Positions 47,473 to 58,332 are shown, numbered from the stretch's first letter. The stretch: 64,000 nucleotides of DNA from Gemmatimonadota bacterium (GCA_039588295.1 JBDHAB010000002.1:143663-207662), one strand, 5' to 3'. Notes: a model not told the origin generated them from the sequence alone. Numbers and translations: made by a program.

Positions 47473-49701
47473 TCACCGTTCTGCGACGTTCGGCGGCACG
47501 CGCAGGTCGTACGTTCGCACGGCGTGGGCCTCGACTTCCGCGCGCGAGAACCACGCAGGCTTGAAACGCTTGGCCGAGTACAGCTCGGCCTGGTCGAAGT
47601 AGTGCGGCGACGCTGGGTCACCGCTCTGGCCAAACACGAAGATCGAGCGCGCTCGGACGTTCGGCGTGAACTCAACGACCTTGACGAACGAATTGCCATG
47701 GCCGCCGTAGCGGCGCTTGCCACCCTCAGGCCGGCGCGCATGGAAGGTGAAGACGGACCCGAGCCATCCAGGTGCACCCGCAACCGGCAGGCTCGGCAGC
47801 GCGTCGTCGAACGGCACGTGGCCGGCGGCATCCGGTCGCTGAATCCGGTTGACCTCGCCCCACGGTACTTCCCAGGTGCCCCAGTCCATCTCGAGACGCT
47901 CCACCACCTGAGCCAACGCCTCGATCCATTGGTCGGTCTCCGGGACGCGGTCCGGGTTGACGGACTCAGCCCAGAGCACGAAGAGCGTGGTCGGCACCGA
48001 GGCCATGGCCGCTTTGCGATTCCAGCCGCGGAGTGACGCGATCGGGCCGGCGAGCGACGCTGCACGCGTCGGATCATCGTGCTCGACCTCTTCGAACGCC
48101 GCGAACAGGTCGTCCAGCCATTCATCGGCGGCGATCAACCGCGTGTCGAGCACAGCACGGGCGAAGTCCTCCAGCGTCACGTCGCGCAGTTCACGGAGCA
48201 CGCGGCGTGAATTCTGGGCGCGCCGGTTGTCGGTCTCCCCTCCCACCATGTATGCGGGGAAGTCGTCCGCGCCAACGTCGATCCCGTCCGTAGCCATGAA
48301 CGGCGTGGAGTTGGTGTTTTGTAAGTAGCCGCTGGCCGGGTTCAGAAACTGGGGGAGCTCGTCCAGCGGGTGGTAGCCCTGCCACTCGGTGCCCGGGTCG
48401 GTGCCGTCCACCGGCCGAGACCAGTCGTACGCCAAAGACCGGCGCGGGATCGCGTGATTGTAGATGTAGAGGATGTTGCCGTTTTGGTCGGCGTACATCG
48501 TGTTCATGTAGGGGACGTTCAAGAGCGCCGCCGAGGCGTGCCATTCCTCGAGCGAGTGCGCCCGCATCATCCCATACCATTGCTCGAACCAGCCACCTTC
48601 ATCCAGCTTGGCCAGCCGGACGGCCACTGGCCGACCATCGATGAGACCGAGGATCGGCCCGTGATGGGACTTGGTGAACCGATACTCCCGCGGCTCCAGA
48701 CCGCTCGTCGTGCGCACGCTGATCGTCTCGGTCCACGAGGTCAGCTCGCGCCAACCATCTCCGTAGCGATAGGCGACTCCGCCCGCATCGAACTCCTCGA
48801 CGTAGAGATCTCCATGATCGCCGTAGTTGTCCGTGTATGCCCACCCGAGATACGCATTGTTGCCCATGTACGGCAGCATGAACCCGAACCTGGTGAGGCC
48901 CGAGAAGACGAGCCCCTCCTCGCTGTGAAGGTGGACTTCGGTGTACGTGGAGAGTCCGAAGAAGGACACGTGGGGGTTGATGAGCAGCATCGGGTACCCG
49001 CTCGCGGTACGCGAGCCGGCGACCGCCCATTCGTTGGACCCCAACGCACGCTCACCGTTCGGCGAACGGACCTCGCGAGACCAAGCCAAGGACGGGAGCC
49101 CACGCACCGAGCCCCGCGCTCCGGCTTCCTCCCCGTTCGTCCCCACGCGAGCGCGTGTCAGGACCTGCTGGCTGTGACCCCGCCGCAGCCCTGCATAACC
49201 CAGGTATTCGTTGTGATGGTACTTGAAGCGGATCAACGCCAACGTATGCCACGGCTCTACCCGTTCGAGAATGCGACGCTCCGCCTGCGGGTGGGTCTCC
49301 AAGAAATGGTTGAACCCCTCGGCGTACGCATCGTACAGGCGACGCATACGTTCGGGGGAGCGGTCGTATTCCTCAATCGAGCGACGTGAGATCTCGAGCC
49401 CGCGGGCCAGGTAGTCGTCGAGTAGTCCGTCTTCGCCGTAGAGCTCGGCGCCACGGCCGATTGCCCGAACGAAGTTGTCCTCGACCTGCCACCAGTTGTC
49501 TTCCGCTTGCGCGTAGGCGGCACCGAAGACGACACTGGCGTCGGTAGGGCCGTAGATATGCGGCACGCCCCACTCGTCGCGATGGATCGTCACCCGATCG
49601 GCGAGCGTAGGCGGTGTCAGGACCGCCGAGTGCGACTCGCCCGCAGGACCGACGGTCCAAACGGTCAGCAGCAACACGGGCAGCGCGAGTCGCCCGTTCA
49701 T
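47473..49701 (-). CDS. Penicillin acylase family Ntn-hydrolase (S45)
   Basis: RDEWGVPHIYG, YAQAED, G|SNEWAV nucleophile, NPH, GQSGDP.SPHYFDQ. Confidence 0.93.
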   Translation of the reverse strand: MNGRLALPVLLLTVWTVGPAGESHSAVLTPPTLADRVTIHRDEWGVPHIYGPTDASVVFGAAYAQAEDNWWQVEDNFVRAIGRGAELYGEDGLLDDYLARGLEISRRSIEEYDRSPERMRRLYDAYAEGFNHFLETHPQAERRILERVEPWHTLALIRFKYHHNEYLGYAGLRRGHSQQVLTRARVGTNGEEAGARGSVRGLPSLAWSREVRSPNGERALGSNEWAVAGSRTASGYPMLLINPHVSFFGLSTYTEVHLHSEEGLVFSGLTRFGFMLPYMGNNAYLGWAYTDNYGDHGDLYVEEFDAGGVAYRYGDGWRELTSWTETISVRTTSGLEPREYRFTKSHHGPILGLIDGRPVAVRLAKLDEGGWFEQWYGMMRAHSLEEWHASAALLNVPYMNTMYADQNGNILYIYNHAIPRRSLAYDWSRPVDGTDPGTEWQGYHPLDELPQFLNPASGYLQNTNSTPFMATDGIDVGADDFPAYMVGGETDNRRAQNSRRVLRELRDVTLEDFARAVLDTRLIAADEWLDDLFAAFEEVEHDDPTRAASLAGPIASLRGWNRKAAMASVPTTLFVLWAESVNPDRVPETDQWIEALAQVVERLEMDWGTWEVPWGEVNRIQRPDAAGHVPFDDALPSLPVAGAPGWLGSVFTFHARRPEGGKRRYGGHGNSFVKVVEFTPNVRARSIFVFGQSGDPASPHYFDQAELYSAKRFKPAWFSRAEVEAHAVRTYDLRVPPNVAER

Positions 49702-49710
49702 CGCTCTCCC

Positions 49711-50184
49711 CTACTCGGCAACCAGAACCACGTAATTCTCCCCGTGGGCCTTGGCACACTTGGGACACGTGGTGTACCAGAAGTACAGCTTCTTCAGTGA
49801 GCGGTTCCGTTCCGCAAGGAGGGCCTTCATGCTCTTGGCCCACCTCCCCGCATGACTGTAAGGGCCTTCGAAGACCTTGGTGAAGAAGTTGCCGGAGATA
49901 CGTTCCATTCGGGCACCCGGAACATCCTTGGATACGGCGATATAGACGTCGGCGCCCCAGAGCGAGTTTTCGTCGCTCAGCAGCACATGATCGGGATCCA
50001 GTGCGTCCACAGCCTCGATCGCCTGCATGTTCCGTTTCATCACGCGACCAAAGTTGATGGGAATATGAAACACACTACGGACACGGTCCCGTACGAAGAG
50101 CTTGTCTTGCCACGTGACTTCCTTACTGTCCCACGGTGCAGGGTTGAACCGAGGGCAGCAATCGGTCTTAGTCTGTTGTTGCAT
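49711..50184 (-). CDS. Conserved hypothetical protein (GyrI-like fold suspected)
   Basis: CCPRFNP.PWD, KVFEGPY, YTTCPKCAK.HG.NYVV. Confidence 0.7.
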   Translation of the reverse strand: MQQQTKTDCCPRFNPAPWDSKEVTWQDKLFVRDRVRSVFHIPINFGRVMKRNMQAIEAVDALDPDHVLLSDENSLWGADVYIAVSKDVPGARMERISGNFFTKVFEGPYSHAGRWAKSMKALLAERNRSLKKLYFWYTTCPKCAKAHGENYVVLVAE

Positions 50185-50410
50185 GGTTGTGGCCTCCTTC
50201 AGAAGACGTGACCGGCCATCCTCTGGGAAGATGTCGTCCGGACCCTGCCTCCGTCCAGCCGCACGGTTGCCCTTCTACGGCTCTACTATATTATGCAGGC
50301 GATTACGCCCGGTTGCCGGGCGCCTGCTGCAGGATGCACTACGTGGTGCCCCGCCGCTGGCAGCATCACAGATTTGTCCGCCGGTGTTCCTTTTCCTTGA
50401 GGGTATTCTC

Positions 50411-51766
50411 GTGCACCAGGGCCATCTTGGAAGGCGTCTCGCCGTCACGACCTGTTTCACCCTCGGCGTCATTGCGCTCACGACGTGTGTACCGCCGGCA
50501 CCGCCTCCCACCCCCGACCCGATTATCGAGGGCGAGCGCCTCTTCTTCGAGGAGACGTTCGATGGGAACGGGAGGACGTGCGGAACGTGTCATCGGGCGG
50601 AGGACAACTTCGGGCTTACGCCGGCATTCATCGCGACGCTGCCGCTGGACGATCCACTCTTCGTGGCCGAAACCAATCCCGATCTCGCCGAGAATTTCGA
50701 GAACCCGCGTCTCATGCGTGGCTTCGGACTCATTGTCGAGAATCAAGACGGGTTCGACGATCTGGCCAACAACTTCAACATGCGCGGGATCCCGCACACA
50801 TTGGCCCTTCGGACGTCCGTGAACAGCGCGCAGGGGCCGCAGACCGGCTGGTCGGGCGACGGAGCGCCGGGGGATGGCTCATTACGCTCGTTTACGACCG
50901 GCGCGGTGATTCAGCATTTCACGCTCACACTCAACCGTGTACCCGGCGTCGACTTTCGCCTGCCCACGGACGACGAGCTCGACGCCATCGAGGCGTTCAT
51001 GCTCTCTCTGGGACGGCAGGAGGAATTGGCGCTTCCGCTTCCGCTCAAGGGAGTAGTCGCAGCGCGCGGCCAGGAGATCTTTCTCGACAACGGCTCAGGA
51101 AAGTGCAACGCCTGTCACTTCAACGCGGGCGCCAACGGCAATCCCGCGATCTTTGGCGAGGGAGCCGGGAATCTCAACTTCAACACCGGGGTCGAGGATC
51201 TGCCCGACCAGCCGGCTGACCTCACCGGCGAGCTGGTGCCACCAGATGACGGACAGGGTACACCCGGCAACGGTGCCTTCAACACGCCACCGCTCGTGGA
51301 AGCCGCCGACACAGGACCGTTCTTCCACAACAACTCGGTGGAGACCATTGAAGGGTCAGTTGCCTTCTACAACGGCGATGCCTTCAACGACTCTCCCGCG
51401 GGGCAACTCGTCGCCGGTGCGACGGGCAGCGGGATCAATCTCGACGGAACCCAGGTGGTTGCCGTCGCAGCGTTTCTCCGCGTCATCAATGCGCTCGAGA
51501 ACATTCGGGAGACGATCGCCCTGATGGAGCGCAGCATGCAGGCATCACCCGAGCGGGCTCGTGTCTTCCTCGGAAGGGCGCTCGAGGAGACGGGAGACCC
51601 TATCTTCGTGCTGCGAGCCGGCGGTCTCCATCCCGAGGCGGTCGGCCACCTGGAGGTATCACGAGATCTCATCCAGCAGGCGCTGGTCTTGTACTCAAGC
51701 AACCAGGTCGAGGGCGCCATTCGAGCGCAGGAACGCGCGCGGGACGAGTTGGTAGAATTGAGTTAG
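50411..51766 (+). CDS. Diheme cytochrome c, bCcP/MauG superfamily lipoprotein
   Basis: CGTCH and CNACH; FNTPPL...GPFFHN; lipobox-like LTTC. Confidence 0.8.
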   Translation: MHQGHLGRRLAVTTCFTLGVIALTTCVPPAPPPTPDPIIEGERLFFEETFDGNGRTCGTCHRAEDNFGLTPAFIATLPLDDPLFVAETNPDLAENFENPRLMRGFGLIVENQDGFDDLANNFNMRGIPHTLALRTSVNSAQGPQTGWSGDGAPGDGSLRSFTTGAVIQHFTLTLNRVPGVDFRLPTDDELDAIEAFMLSLGRQEELALPLPLKGVVAARGQEIFLDNGSGKCNACHFNAGANGNPAIFGEGAGNLNFNTGVEDLPDQPADLTGELVPPDDGQGTPGNGAFNTPPLVEAADTGPFFHNNSVETIEGSVAFYNGDAFNDSPAGQLVAGATGSGINLDGTQVVAVAAFLRVINALENIRETIALMERSMQASPERARVFLGRALEETGDPIFVLRAGGLHPEAVGHLEVSRDLIQQALVLYSSNQVEGAIRAQERARDELVELS

Positions 51767-51804
51767 GAGCACGGCCGCACATGAGAATCAAGGGAGTCAT
51801 TGCT

Positions 51805-52182
51805 ATGCATAAGCGAATCATCGGTTTCATCGTGCCCATGGTGTTCTTGGCGTCCAGCGCGTCCAGCGCCTTCGCACAGGAACAGACCGAGCGGTACATC
51901 CCCCTCGGGTATTCACCCGGGATCTCCGGTAAGTACTCCTATCTCGGTGAGATCACCGCCGTTAACGCCGCAAATCGAACCATCACGGTACAAAGCGAGG
52001 CGGGGAGCCGGACGATCCGCATCGTGGAGCAAACAAGAATCTGGCTGGACCGATCGCAGCTGCGGCAGACCATCGTCCCGGGAACCTACGGGGATCTCGA
52101 GGTGGGTCTGACCGTCGAGATCAAGTATATGGATTACGAGCGGAAGGACACGGCGAACTGGGTGAAGGTGGCGGTGCGGTAG
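51805..52182 (+). CDS. Small exported protein
   Basis: GGGAG RBS; signal peptide AFA-Q; follows the cytochrome gene. Confidence 0.7.
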   Translation: MHKRIIGFIVPMVFLASSASSAFAQEQTERYIPLGYSPGISGKYSYLGEITAVNAANRTITVQSEAGSRTIRIVEQTRIWLDRSQLRQTIVPGTYGDLEVGLTVEIKYMDYERKDTANWVKVAVR

Positions 52183-52239
52183 CCCGGGCTCTCGCCTTCG
52201 TGCAGCCGGCACGTCGAGGCATGTTGACCGGCACAAAGC

Positions 52240-52647
52240 TCATGATCGGAGCGCAGACAGGCGATCGGCGATGCGATGCCGTGCGCTCATGCTGGCGCCG
52301 AGCCATTCGGGTAGCCGTTTCCACTCGCCGCTCCTGAGCCGCAGACACGTCCTCCCGCCGTCGAGCTTGACCTCGGCGATCTCCGAGAAGGCAACACGTT
52401 CCTTCTTGAAAAGGCCAACCATGCGGACGGCGTCCGATTCTACCACGACGCGGGAGGCTCGGAGATCGATGATCGCGATGAGAGCAAGCACCGCCCCTGC
52501 TGCCAACAGGATGCCGTAGAGGGGGCTGGTGATAGTGGCGAATGCGATCGCAGCAAATCCAGCGAAGAGAAGCAACGCGAGGCCCGTAGCCACGAGCAGC
52601 CACCGTGGAGGTCTATAGTCGGGGCCAACCGGACCGGTAGCCATCAT
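52240..52647 (-). CDS. Membrane protein with bacterial PH-like domain
   Basis: Two TMs then a beta-rich domain (VAFSEIAEV). Confidence 0.6.
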   Translation of the reverse strand: MMATGPVGPDYRPPRWLLVATGLALLLFAGFAAIAFATITSPLYGILLAAGAVLALIAIIDLRASRVVVESDAVRMVGLFKKERVAFSEIAEVKLDGGRTCLRLRSGEWKRLPEWLGASMSARHRIADRLSALRS

Positions 52648-52874
52648 CTCGTACGGCGCCGCGCCCGCCGTCTACCGGCCAGTGCCCACCCGGAGCGCCT
52701 GATGGACCGGCGCTGTATCAGCCCCGGCCTTGGAGCGGATCACGCGATCGATATCAGTCATCGTTACTCAGGCAAAGCGTGCGTCCGGACCAGGGTTCGC
52801 GCAAGCGTGCGAGTGCGGGAGGCTTCATCATGCGCTGCTGCCTCGACAACCATCGGTCCAGTCATACATTTGAC

Positions 52875-54359
52875 ATGACCCAAGAAGACGAGTGGAAGAT
52901 GGACGGATCCCACGTCAGATCACCCAGTCGTTCGGTCGTATCGGACGCCATCAAAGAGCGCGGCCTGTGGTATGCCACTGAGATCTATGCCCGGCTGCCA
53001 CAGAAGCTACGGCAGCGAATCGCGCGATCGCAGATCCGACGGGGGAACCGGTTCAAGGAAGGCGAGGAGTTCTTGCTCCATGCCCTCAAGGTGGTGTCGC
53101 GCAGATGGAGATCGCTGCATCCCAATGCGCGCCGGCGCTTCGTGCAAAACGCGTTCGGATACTACGTGATTCACGGGCCCGAAAAGAACCGGATCGCCGA
53201 CACGCTGTTCGACGGGGAGTACCCGAAAGCCATGGTCGTTAGTCCTACCATGCGGTGCAACCTCAAGTGCCAGGGCTGCTACAGCGCCAACTACGACCGG
53301 CGGGACGCAATCTCCACCGAGCGGTTCCACACGTTGCTCGACGAAGCCAAAGAGCTGGGCATCAACTTCATCGTCGTCAGCGGAGGCGAGCCATACTTGC
53401 GTAAGGACCTGCTCGAGGTCTTTGAAACGCATTCCTCGATGTTCTTCCTGACCTATACCAATGGAACCGTCATCGCCGATCGCGGCTTGGCTCCCAAGCT
53501 CGCCAAGCTTGGCAATGTGATGCCCTGTGTCAGCGTCGAAGGATTCGAGCAGGAGACCGAGGCAAGGCGGGGTGAAGGAGTGTTCGGGAAGATCGTCCGC
53601 GCCATGCGCGAGATGAAAGACGCGGGGGTCATTTTCGGCTTTTCCGCCACTCCCATGCGCCACAACAACGAGTTGTTGCTGACCGATGAGTTCGTCGAGT
53701 TCTACATGAATCTCGGGTGTCTCATCGGATGGTATTTCACGTACATGCCAATCGGGCGCTCGCCCAATGTCGATCTGATGCCGACACCGGCGCAGCGCCT
53801 ACACCGGTACCACCGCATACGGGCCTTGAGAGCCAGGTACGACATCATGGTCGCTGATTTCTGGTGCGACGGCCTGCTAACCGGCGGATGTCTCTCTGGC
53901 GGGCGAAGCTACTTCCATGTGAACGCGTCGGGCGGAGTGGAGCCGTGTGTCTTCAATCAATTCTACGTGGACAGCATTCTCGAGAAGTCGCTCAAGGAGT
54001 GTCTCACCAGCGCCTATATGCGCGACGTGCGGCTCTCGTTGAACGATGTGGAGAACCCGCTGCGGCCCTGCCCCGTGTGCGACAATCCCTGGCTCCAGCG
54101 GCGTTGGGTTGCCGAGCACGGCGCCACGCCGGGCCAGCCGGGGGCGGACGACGTGCTGAAGGGTGAGGTGGCCGCGTTCCTCGATCAGTACGCCACCGAC
54201 CTCAAAGACATCTTCGACCCGATATTCGAGCAGACACGCTCCGGTTGTCCGTGGCCACTCCACCCCGAGCGTGCACCGAACCCGGCAAACACCCCGCCCG
54301 GCGGACGGCCGGAGGTGAGCGCGCCAGAACCGGAGCGGACAATGCTCCCGACCCTCTGA
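52875..54359 (+). CDS. Radical SAM/SPASM-Twitch protein with N-terminal extension
   Basis: CNLKCQGC, SGGEP, TNG; GGCLSGG..YFHVN..GGVEPCVF, RPCPVCD. Confidence 0.9.
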   Translation: MTQEDEWKMDGSHVRSPSRSVVSDAIKERGLWYATEIYARLPQKLRQRIARSQIRRGNRFKEGEEFLLHALKVVSRRWRSLHPNARRRFVQNAFGYYVIHGPEKNRIADTLFDGEYPKAMVVSPTMRCNLKCQGCYSANYDRRDAISTERFHTLLDEAKELGINFIVVSGGEPYLRKDLLEVFETHSSMFFLTYTNGTVIADRGLAPKLAKLGNVMPCVSVEGFEQETEARRGEGVFGKIVRAMREMKDAGVIFGFSATPMRHNNELLLTDEFVEFYMNLGCLIGWYFTYMPIGRSPNVDLMPTPAQRLHRYHRIRALRARYDIMVADFWCDGLLTGGCLSGGRSYFHVNASGGVEPCVFNQFYVDSILEKSLKECLTSAYMRDVRLSLNDVENPLRPCPVCDNPWLQRRWVAEHGATPGQPGADDVLKGEVAAFLDQYATDLKDIFDPIFEQTRSGCPWPLHPERAPNPANTPPGGRPEVSAPEPERTMLPTL

Positions 54360-54410
54360 AGGCGCCCGAAAGCGAGGTCGGCGTTCGTCAGGGGTGCCGT
54401 GGAGGCCGCA

Positions 54411-54980
54411 TCACCGTTCCGAGGGCGCCGGACGAAACTCGAATGATGGTGGCGCCCACGTCTCCGGATCTCCCGTGATGCCGAGCCGATAGTCAACAAC
54501 CTCGAGCCGCAGGGGGATTACCTCGATGAGGACGTAGTCGGCCTCCCGATCAGCATAGTACTGCTCCCACTCCTCTTTCCAGCGGCCAGCTGTTTCGCTT
54601 GGATCGTCAACGATCCGAGCCGTGCCCGAGAGCGAGACGTACCCCGCGGCCCCGGGCGCGAGGTAGTACAGTGCCACGCGTGGATCGTTGCGAATATCGT
54701 CGACTTTTCTCGTCAGGCGATGGGTGCCGAGCCACACGACCATGTCCTCTTCCGGAGCGAACGGGTCCATTGCCCTGACGCGCGGTTGTCCCGTTCGGTC
54801 GAGGGTTATCAGCGCACAGAAGCGCGCTGATTCCATGATCGCACGCGCGGCGGCAACGAGCGTATCGGACGGGAGCGGTTCCTGGTCGCCTTGCGCACGC
54901 AGTTCCTGCCCGGCAAGAGCGTAGCACGCAACGAGGAGCGCAATGCTCGCCGGGCGGCGAGTGAGACGCCGTGTATTCAC
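54411..54980 (-). CDS. Pyridoxamine 5'-phosphate oxidase-like FMN-binding protein, exported
   Basis: ALIT....P.VRAM, TRKVDDIRNDPRV. Confidence 0.82.
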   Translation of the reverse strand: MNTRRLTRRPASIALLVACYALAGQELRAQGDQEPLPSDTLVAAARAIMESARFCALITLDRTGQPRVRAMDPFAPEEDMVVWLGTHRLTRKVDDIRNDPRVALYYLAPGAAGYVSLSGTARIVDDPSETAGRWKEEWEQYYADREADYVLIEVIPLRLEVVDYRLGITGDPETWAPPSFEFRPAPSER

Positions 54981-55189
54981 GACTCCCCCTTTGTGGCAGC
55001 GGGACGGCCACCGTGCCGCCCGCGTGACGACGCCGCGGCCGGACCGCCGGCGCCGCGAATCAGTCGGGTCAATCGCTATCTAGCCTGCCGCTTGGAAGAA
55101 CGCCACCCAGCCTGCGGGAAGGAGCGCCGTCCAGCAGCGTGGTCACTTCGTCTCAGGTTGGGGCGGCGTCCGGTGTGCTCGGGTTCTCG

Positions 55190-55564
55190 TCAGCCCGGGC
55201 GCTCGTGGAACGGACGAATCGAGCTGGGAACGGGGAGCCTCACATCACCGTCCTCGGTCCCCAGGTCGTACACCTCGAGACCGGTCACGGCCTCCTCAGT
55301 ACCCCACACGATGACCCCCACCATGCCGCCGGTCCGAGTCGTGCCGATTGCATCGGCAATCGGCTTGGCGGGACGATCGAAATCGGGCTCGGCGAAGTCG
55401 ACGCTGTCACACCCGCACGGGCACCGCTCAATGACACGCAAGCCTGCTAGGTCGTCGCCAAGCGACGAGAGGCTCGGTGAGGCGGGCGCCCGCTCGAGCG
55501 CGGTGCGAAGGACCGCGATTTCGTCCGGTGTGACCGCCCGGTTGACGTTCGTTCGCTCCGTCAT
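55190..55564 (-). CDS. Hypothetical protein with CxCxC
   Basis: VIERCPCGCDSVDF, GLEVYD. Confidence 0.7.
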   Translation of the reverse strand: MTERTNVNRAVTPDEIAVLRTALERAPASPSLSSLGDDLAGLRVIERCPCGCDSVDFAEPDFDRPAKPIADAIGTTRTGGMVGVIVWGTEEAVTGLEVYDLGTEDGDVRLPVPSSIRPFHERPG

Positions 55565-56103
55565 GGACGTCTCGGGTCTCGAGCCCTTCCACGGTCTAGA
55601 AGATTACGCACCTTGAACGACACCGCCGACAGGTTGTCGCCGACGAACAACCGGTCGTCGTCCTCGTCGATCGCCGTGAGCGGACTTCCGACTGTCAGTA
55701 TTATCTCTCAGGCGGTGACGAAGTTCCGGAGCCGACGACCGAACGCTCGTTCGCAGGTGGCGGCCACCGCACAGCCCCCTGTTTTGTTCGATCGAGCTGG
55801 TTACCCGATTGTAGGCGGAGCCAAACCGACCAGAAAGGGCGTCATTGGGGCACGAACGGTCGGTTTTGGGACATTCGGGGGGTGGTCGGGGCCGTGGGAC
55901 GGCGGTAATCAGGCCGCAGGCACCCACCGCAGCACGGTGTGCCGGACCGTGCGCGACTCGCACGGTTGGAGGATGCCCCGTCGTGGCCGCTCAATGTGCA
56001 CGCCGGACCTCGGTGTGTGGGTTCGCCATCAAGCGGTCAGCAGCCGAGCCTCGATAGCTTCAGGCGCGTATTGGTCCGCAGCCAAGGGCACCAAGCGTGT
56101 TGG

Positions 56104-56670
56104 TCAGTACTCTAGATTCGCCCCGAAATCAGGTGGCTTGCCGTCCCGAATCTCAGCGGCCCACTCATCAAGGCGGGCTGCGCCGCTGTACACCTTCCCG
56201 TCACGTCCTTTCACCTCCACCTGCCAAAAGGCCTTGCAGTCCTCGAGGTACTGCAGCACGGCCTCCCGAGCCCCTGCCTCCAACAACTCGGCGGCCAGGC
56301 GCATGTTGGGTCCGAAGCTGTTCAACTGCGGGGATCCAGGGCAGCGACCAGCGACGCGGAGGTGCTCCTCGGCTTCGGATTGTCGGCCCGAGCGCAGTGC
56401 ACAGAGACCTCGGATGTGGTGCCCGTGATGGAAGGCGTTTCCGTAGTTCCAATCACCCCGGTAGCGCTCTGCTAACTCGAGCAACTCTGATGCGAGGAGG
56501 TCCGCATCCTTCACGTCGCCACCGTCAAGCGCTCGCTCCGCCGCGTCCCGGAGCCCCAAGAATCGCGCGTAGGGCCACCCCGTGACCGCACCAGTTGTGT
56601 ACGCACCGATACCGAGCGCTCGCCTGGTGAAGCGCGCGATGTACATGCCGAAACTGTCGGGTCCGGACAT
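56104..56670 (-). CDS. TPR-like hypothetical protein
   Basis: WNYGNAFH, GSPQLNSFGPNM.LA.ELLE; GAGG RBS. Confidence 0.7.
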   Translation of the reverse strand: MSGPDSFGMYIARFTRRALGIGAYTTGAVTGWPYARFLGLRDAAERALDGGDVKDADLLASELLELAERYRGDWNYGNAFHHGHHIRGLCALRSGRQSEAEEHLRVAGRCPGSPQLNSFGPNMRLAAELLEAGAREAVLQYLEDCKAFWQVEVKGRDGKVYSGAARLDEWAAEIRDGKPPDFGANLEY

Positions 56671-56753
56671 GGTCCACCCTCGGGCAGAGGATTGCAGCTA
56701 CCGGTCGGCACCCACGCTCAACAATAACGCGCGGCGCCTGCTAGCTGCTCCCT

Positions 56754-57488
56754 CTACATGATGTCGGCCGGAATCGCGAAACGATCGTCGTCCAACGTCA
56801 CGTTGACCTCCACGGACTCCACCACGGCCGTTTCCACCTCGTCGGGCAGCCACGAGTACGTGAAGCTGCGCGCGTACATGATGCCACCTACGTCCTCATA
56901 GTCGGTGAACACACGTTGCGGGCGATACTCGGTCCCGTCTACCGTAACCGTGGCGATCACCTTGAGCGGCAAGTAGGTCTCCGCGTCGAGGAAATAGGTC
57001 ATCGGAATGCCCAGCGGCAACGTCACACCGAGCTTGTGGGTGTCGATGCCGTCCACGACCTCACGCCCGAGGTACTCAGGCGGGTATTCGAAGAACGCCG
57101 GAAACACAAATGCGATGTCGAGCTCGAGATCCTTCAGGTAGCTCGCATCGATGAGCTCGGGACCTTGCGGGGTTCCGTCCTCGGCCGGCGGGCGCTCGAG
57201 AAACGCCCCGCGCTCCCCGTCGAATACGAGGACGTAGTTCCCCACGCCTTCGGTCCGCATCAGGTTCGGGCGACGGACTTCGCTCACCACGGGGTAGTCG
57301 TGGTCGGGATACACAGTCGTGATGCGCAATGTCCTCAGCTCGTCGATGCCTTCCGATCCCGCCATGGCTTCGGCCGCTCTCGCGACGATCCGCTCGGCCG
57401 TCGGCTGTTGACACGCCGCCATCGAGACCGTCAGGGCGGCCATGCCCACGAGCAGCCTGAGGTCGCGGGTCTTCTGAACTGACTGCAT
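56754..57488 (-). CDS. Lipoprotein, LolA-like fold suspected
   Basis: GGAG RBS; lipobox MAAC; RPNLMR, YFLDAETYL, FTDY..VGG. Confidence 0.7.
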   Translation of the reverse strand: MQSVQKTRDLRLLVGMAALTVSMAACQQPTAERIVARAAEAMAGSEGIDELRTLRITTVYPDHDYPVVSEVRRPNLMRTEGVGNYVLVFDGERGAFLERPPAEDGTPQGPELIDASYLKDLELDIAFVFPAFFEYPPEYLGREVVDGIDTHKLGVTLPLGIPMTYFLDAETYLPLKVIATVTVDGTEYRPQRVFTDYEDVGGIMYARSFTYSWLPDEVETAVVESVEVNVTLDDDRFAIPADIM

Positions 57489-57663
57489 GATATTCTCCAT
57501 ATTCGGGAACGCTTTCCGGTCAGGCCTAAGCTGAAGTCCGGTCTTCCAACCTCGCAAGTGGGATTCGTCTGCTCGGCAATGATCGTGATTGAGTGTGTGG
57601 CTCTTCTTTGAATCAACGCGCCGGTCAGTGAGAGGCACCTGTCGGCAGGCCGCACCGCCCACA

Positions 57664-58326
57664 CTACCACCGCAATACGAGATCGGCCTCGGGGCGGCAG
57701 TCGAGCTGCTGCTGCTGACGTTCAGCATCGAGCGTTACGCTCAGAAGCGGACTCGGACCATCGACGATGTCGATGGGGCCGAGCGCCATGAGGCTCTGGA
57801 GTTCTTTCGAGGGTGCTGGCGTATCCGGGTGCACGACCGTCACTGCGGTCACCGTGCGCGTTCCATTGGAGTGCGGCTCGGGCATCACCGTCGGGGCATG
57901 CTTCCACGGCAGAACGAAGAGCAGCGGCTCCTCCAGCCTGGTCGAGTTGAGTCCGATTGGGATGGCGGTCCCCTGGGGCACGTAGGGTGGCGCGTAGGGC
58001 CACGTGTCGAACGGGTACTCCGATGATTCCGTCTCGGACACCCGCACCCCCACGCCCAGCGGGTTGGCTAGGTGTGAACGATCGATGCGCTGGCGGAGTC
58101 CGGTCCGCGAAATGGCCGGTTGCTCGGCCGCTCGTGGGTCCTCGAGCCAGATTAGCTCCAGGTAAGCGTTTTCGAAGAACACGCCTACGCTGGCGGTACC
58201 CTGTCCGGTATGCGCACGCGACTCGCTGACAGAGAAGCCGTGCTCCGCGAGCATGGCGGCGACGGGGTCGGCGTGGCCCGCGACAGCCACGAAGACATGA
58301 TCGAGCTCGAAGCGTGGGTCAGCCAC
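57664..58326 (-). CDS. VOC/glyoxalase-like protein
   Basis: ELDHVFV, HTGQGTA...FFENAYLELIW. Confidence 0.82.
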   Translation of the reverse strand: MADPRFELDHVFVAVAGHADPVAAMLAEHGFSVSESRAHTGQGTASVGVFFENAYLELIWLEDPRAAEQPAISRTGLRQRIDRSHLANPLGVGVRVSETESSEYPFDTWPYAPPYVPQGTAIPIGLNSTRLEEPLLFVLPWKHAPTVMPEPHSNGTRTVTAVTVVHPDTPAPSKELQSLMALGPIDIVDGPSPLLSVTLDAERQQQQLDCRPEADLVLRW

Positions 58327-58332
58327 CCTGTC

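Noticed and set aside
55565..56100. Possible gene or remnant in a 540-nt gap (fragment ILTVGSPLTAIDEDDDRLFVGDNL)
   Set aside because: No start codon, RBS or recognisable family; cannot be supported as a pseudogene.
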